From contig JAHFDS010000004.1 in the NCBI GenBank assembly GCA_023248855.1, positions 27,876 through 91,875 on the forward strand: 64,000 bases of DNA, written 5' to 3'. The notes beneath the pieces are model-generated. The model made no database searches and was not told where the DNA came from. It worked only from the letters and a program-made list of their open reading frames with translations. A program made the position numbers and the translations under genes. Positions within the stretch are counted from its first letter, which is position 1. Each line of letters begins with the position of its first letter. This DNA comes from Myxococcales bacterium. GTDB lineage: Bacteria; Myxococcota_A; Polyangia; JAHFDS01. This document shows, piece by piece, positions 60,750-64,000 of this stretch.

Positions 60750-63029
60750 CTAACGCCAGACCGGGCCGTCGGCGGTGACGACCATCTCCTGCACGTCGCT
60801 GCGGAAGGGCGTCGTCGATCCGCCGAGGGTGATCGACCCGCCCGACGAGGCCATGCCCTTCTCGAAGGCGACGCGGATCTGCGCGTCGAGCGTGACCGTC
60901 ATGGACGAGCCTGTCTCGGCGATCGTGGGCTGGAGGCTCGGTGCGCTCGCGTCCTTGGCCTGCAGGACCGTGAGGATGTAGCTCTGTGCCGCCCCGGGCG
61001 TGGTGTCCACCTCGATGCGGTGCTGGCTGTGCACGGTGGTGCCCTCGCGCACCACACGGTAGGCACGCTGCGGCGGCAGGAGCGTGGTCATGACGAGAGC
61101 CTGGTCGCCGATCGTGCAGGTCGCGCGGTCGTTGCCCGACAGGACCGGGGCGGTCTCGCAGTGATTGAGGAAGGTCCTGGTGGCGCCGGCGGCGGGCGTC
61201 TGCAATCGATCGAGAATGACGAATACCTCGAGGCGCCGGATGAAGACGACCTCGCGGCGCCACTCCTGCAACCGGGTCGCCGGCGGGACCAGATCGGCCA
61301 CCGCGTACGCGTAGCCGGGCTGCGATTCCAGACGCTCGACCACCGCGGCGCCTGGCGAGTACTGCGGCCCCGGGCTCTGGCCGTCGACGAGGACGATGTT
61401 GTGCGCGATCCCGAGCGCGCCGTCGACGCTGCCTGTGCCCGCGTATCCGGCGACCTCGGCAGAGGCGTCCCCCGCATACCCCACGGACTCGTGGGACAGG
61501 AAGCGGCCGCCGCGCCAGATCTGGAAGCTGCCGTAGTCCCCGTGCTGGTGGCCGATGGTGTTCCCGTCCGCGTCGCCGAGCTGGAGCAGAAACGAGGTGG
61601 ATCTCGCGCCCCAGGCGTTGCGCCCGTAGAGATAGCGCGGCCCCGAGGCAAAGAAATCGAGCGGAATCGAGTCGAACCCGAGGGGCGTCACCGCCTCATC
61701 CACGGCCTGGACGTGCCGCAGCGGTCGCGCTCCGACCATCTCGAGCCACCTTCGAGCATGTCGGCCCACCGGAGAGGTCGGCCAGATCTGTGCAATGCTC
61801 GCCATGAAATCCGGGAAATAATGTGTCTCCGCCTGGAATCGCTCGTTCCAGCGCTCCTCGTCGGAGAAGGGGAACACGGTGTAGCCGGTCGCGGGCACGC
61901 CCGGGATCGTGGTGGGCCCGGGCGTCGTCTGGTGGATGACGCCGTAGACGAATTCGCGCCAGTAGTCCGTCTCCTCGTAGAGGTTGCGGCCGAGGAAGCT
62001 CGCGGTGACGAACGGGATCGAGGGGTAGGCGCCGACGACTGGGCCGTACTCGGAGCCTTCGTACGCGATGCCGCCGCGGCTGTGGCCGCCGGGGCGCGTC
62101 GATGGATTGAACCCGCGGGTGAGCCGCTCATTGAAGACCGAGTCGAGCAGCGATTCCGCTGCGGCAGCGTTCTCCGAGTAGGACGTGATCGCCCATTCGA
62201 GCTCGTTGCGCAGGTAGCCCCAGAAGTAGTTGTTCTGGTACATGCCCGGGCCGCCCCAGTCGTTTCGGCTCCACGCGCCGAGACCCGCGTTCATTGCGGT
62301 AATGTAGGCGCTGCGGTCGACCGGGGTCATGAACGTGTGGCACCAGTCGAAGATCAGGATGAGCTGCTCGCCGGTCCAGCGGCAGGGATCGCAGGCCACA
62401 CCGCCCGTGTCACGCACATCGCCGAGGCGTGAGACGCCCCAGGTGATGGCGGTCGTGCAGGACCCGGTCGCGTTGTCGGTGAGCAGCCCGTGCAGCGCCA
62501 CGTCGGCGTAACCGCCGGCCGTGTCCTCGTCGCCGGGCGGCGTGAACGGATGCGCCGCGAGCCACGCGCGTGCCCGCTCGAGCCGCGCCGGGTTGAACCA
62601 TAGGCGCGGATGTCCTTCCGGGATGGTGAAGCCGTGGGTCGTCGCGGCGCCGAGGCCACCGCAGCGGTTCGGGATGCCCGCTCCGCCGCAGAAGGTGGGC
62701 GCCGCGCAGCTGCCGCAGTCGAGCATGCCGCCGCAACCGTCGGCCCGCGGTCCGCAATCGAGCGCGAGCCCCTGACAGGTGGCGGGTGTGCACGGTCCGT
62801 CGGCCGCGCCGTCCCGCGGTGGCCCGTCGCGGGTGGCGCCGTCCGAGTGAGTGGCGCCGTCCGAGTGGGTGGCGCCGTCCGCGACCATGGTGGCGGCGTC
62901 GCCTTGCGCCGAGCCGTCTCGGTGAGTGGCGGCGTCACCGGCTGGGCCGCCGGCGCCTACCACGCCGGCCTTGCTCCCGCACGCCGCAAGGAACCCCGCT
63001 AGAACCGCATGCCTGACCCGTCCCGTCAT
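60750..63029 (-). CDS. Heparinase II/III-like (polysaccharide-lyase-fold) lipoprotein
   Basis: Lipobox LAGFLAAC. The Cys-rich CGPRADGCGGMLDCGSC module follows. C-terminal pattern GHQHGDYGSFQIWRGGRFLSHE. Confidence 0.75.
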   Translation of the reverse strand: MTGRVRHAVLAGFLAACGSKAGVVGAGGPAGDAATHRDGSAQGDAATMVADGATHSDGATHSDGATRDGPPRDGAADGPCTPATCQGLALDCGPRADGCGGMLDCGSCAAPTFCGGAGIPNRCGGLGAATTHGFTIPEGHPRLWFNPARLERARAWLAAHPFTPPGDEDTAGGYADVALHGLLTDNATGSCTTAITWGVSRLGDVRDTGGVACDPCRWTGEQLILIFDWCHTFMTPVDRSAYITAMNAGLGAWSRNDWGGPGMYQNNYFWGYLRNELEWAITSYSENAAAAESLLDSVFNERLTRGFNPSTRPGGHSRGGIAYEGSEYGPVVGAYPSIPFVTASFLGRNLYEETDYWREFVYGVIHQTTPGPTTIPGVPATGYTVFPFSDEERWNERFQAETHYFPDFMASIAQIWPTSPVGRHARRWLEMVGARPLRHVQAVDEAVTPLGFDSIPLDFFASGPRYLYGRNAWGARSTSFLLQLGDADGNTIGHQHGDYGSFQIWRGGRFLSHESVGYAGDASAEVAGYAGTGSVDGALGIAHNIVLVDGQSPGPQYSPGAAVVERLESQPGYAYAVADLVPPATRLQEWRREVVFIRRLEVFVILDRLQTPAAGATRTFLNHCETAPVLSGNDRATCTIGDQALVMTTLLPPQRAYRVVREGTTVHSQHRIEVDTTPGAAQSYILTVLQAKDASAPSLQPTIAETGSSMTVTLDAQIRVAFEKGMASSGGSITLGGSTTPFRSDVQEMVVTADGPVWR
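62833..62880 (-). repeat. 2.7 tandem copies of an 18-nt coding repeat (DGATHS)
   Basis: gtggcgccgtccgagtga / gtggcgccgtccgagtgg / gtggcgccgtcc. Confidence 0.8.
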
Positions 63030-63215
63030 GTGAGCTCCCGGTGATGCACGTCGTGGGCCCGCGCAACCCCGCGGTGGCGCGTGCCTGGCGTGGCTGTTCG
63101 ACAGTCCACTGTTGCCTGCAGCCTACGCACCCACGAGCCAGCAGAGAGGGGCGATTGGTAGAGCGTCCCCACATTCCGTGGTTGACGCGTTCGCCATCGC
63201 ACTGCACGGTGCGCA

Positions 63216-64000
63216 TCAGCGCTCGGTCACGGGCAACAGCATGTAGGCGATACGGTCTGGTCGGGCAAACCCATCCGCAGCCAGTTGCGCGTCGAGCGCC
63301 CCGATGCCGGCGCCGCCTCGGAGCAGCTCTCGCTGCCGCTCGAGCGGGAACGCGAAGAGCCCCTGGCCGGTCGCGCGCAAGGCCTTGACCGCCTCGCCGA
63401 GCGTCTCCAGCGACACCTTGCCCTCCTGGAGCAGGAGGCCCACGCGGAGGAATTCGCCGAGCGCGCGGGCGTGTGTGTGGGGCTCGCGAGTGAGCCAGCG
63501 CACCGCGTGCGCCACCAGATCGCGCGCTCGCCGTCGCGGCCCGCTGCGCATGACCCCGAGGGCACATCGTCCTCGTAACCACATGAGGTAGACGGCGACC
63601 CGTCGCACCCGCAGGAAGTTGGATCGCTTCTCCTGGGTCCAGGCCTCCTCCACGCGCTCGAAGGCCTGCGGGGCGTCACCGGTGTACAGGTCTGCATGCG
63701 TGCGGCAGAACAGGGCCCAGAAGTCCTCCAGGCGGTAGCGCGACCGGCCAGGGATCAGCGCGAGCGCTTGACTTGCTTGTCGCCGGACCTCCTCCGGCGC
63801 GTCCACCGCGAGCCATCGAAAGCCCATGGTGTCGAGGCGCGCGTGCAGCTCGAGAAATCGGTCGCCGCGCTCGAGAGCTTCGGCCAGCATCCGGTCGGTC
63901 AGCTGCGTGGCCTCGCGGATCCGACAGGTCGGCGAGAGGATCATGAGGCGAAGGGCCTGGGCCAGAGCGAGCTCCCACCAGGTGCCCTGACATCGGCTGC
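63216..64000 (-). CDS. C-terminal part of a protein paralogous to the helical tail of the kinase at 44521..48342; 5' end outside the window
   Basis: The frame of track ORF 63216..63944 stays open to position 64000 (…SRCQGTWWELALAQALRLMILSPT…). The helical-repeat composition resembles the kinase tail. No catalytic motif is visible in the window. Confidence 0.5.
   Translation of the reverse strand, partial: SRCQGTWWELALAQALRLMILSPTCRIREATQLTDRMLAEALERGDRFLELHARLDTMGFRWLAVDAPEEVRRQASQALALIPGRSRYRLEDFWALFCRTHADLYTGDAPQAFERVEEAWTQEKRSNFLRVRRVAVYLMWLRGRCALGVMRSGPRRRARDLVAHAVRWLTREPHTHARALGEFLRVGLLLQEGKVSLETLGEAVKALRATGQGLFAFPLERQRELLRGGAGIGALDAQLAADGFARPDRIAYMLLPVTER

Noticed and set aside
1-64000. 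Search for tRNA, rRNA, transposase, integrase, phage or toxin-antitoxin genes
   Set aside because: No cloverleaf-like or rRNA-like stretches and no DDE/tyrosine-recombinase motifs were seen in any frame I inspected. The rearrangements appear as relics and repeats only.

Overview
Very GC-rich DNA (judged by eye, not computed). Several features suggest a myxobacterium, but this is an inference: an FHA/sigma-54 activator, large Ser/Thr kinases, a MYXO-CTERM-like tail, many lipoproteins, and a PKS with tandem ATs. I found about 40 intact genes. Many long ORFs in the six-frame track are Arg/Ala/Gly/Pro-rich antisense or out-of-frame artefacts and were discarded. I found no rRNA, tRNA, CRISPR array, transposase or phage genes.

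Layout:
(i) 1-9.3 kb is a rearranged, relic-rich stretch. It holds an Oar-like TonB receptor (partial), an FHA-sigma54 activator, fragments of three genes whose intact copies lie elsewhere in the window, a hydrolase, lipoproteins, and a GNAT plus two orphan genes.
(ii) 9.3-14.4 kb is a four-gene minus-strand operon: aminotransferase, PaaK/LuxE-like adenylating enzyme, LuxC-like reductase, GMC oxidoreductase.
(iii) 16.4-18.7 kb holds two FtsX-type permeases with no ATPase gene.
(iv) 18.9-41.4 kb is the main candidate for a novel system. Two convergent, translationally coupled operons encode three acyl-activating enzymes, a free carrier protein, a FAAL-T-TE protein and a 3352-aa FAAL-ACP-KS-AT(dead)-AT-ACP-KS-AT(relic)-KR-ACP PKS with no TE. 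The PKS stop overlaps the start of a KAS-III pair, followed by an OleC-like ligase and an OleD-like reductase. This gene order matches lipstatin/nocardiolactone-type beta-lactone cassettes, and no OleB is present. A stand-alone C-like acyltransferase and a type II thioesterase follow.
(v) 41.5-53.2 kb is regulatory and secreted: DJ-1, AraC, an ECF-like sigma next to a ZAS-kinase-AAA-TPR protein, an M28 peptidase, RR-GGDEF, LuxR, and a VWA/MYXO-CTERM protein.
(vi) 53.4-60.3 kb is a four-lipoprotein operon containing a di-haem cytochrome c and a GMC flavoprotein.
(vii) 60.7-64 kb holds a heparinase II/III-like lipoprotein and a partial kinase-tail paralogue.

Several intergenic repeat families and an oriented GGTTGATT box recur upstream of unrelated genes. 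All functional calls rest on motifs read from the translations. No database search was run.
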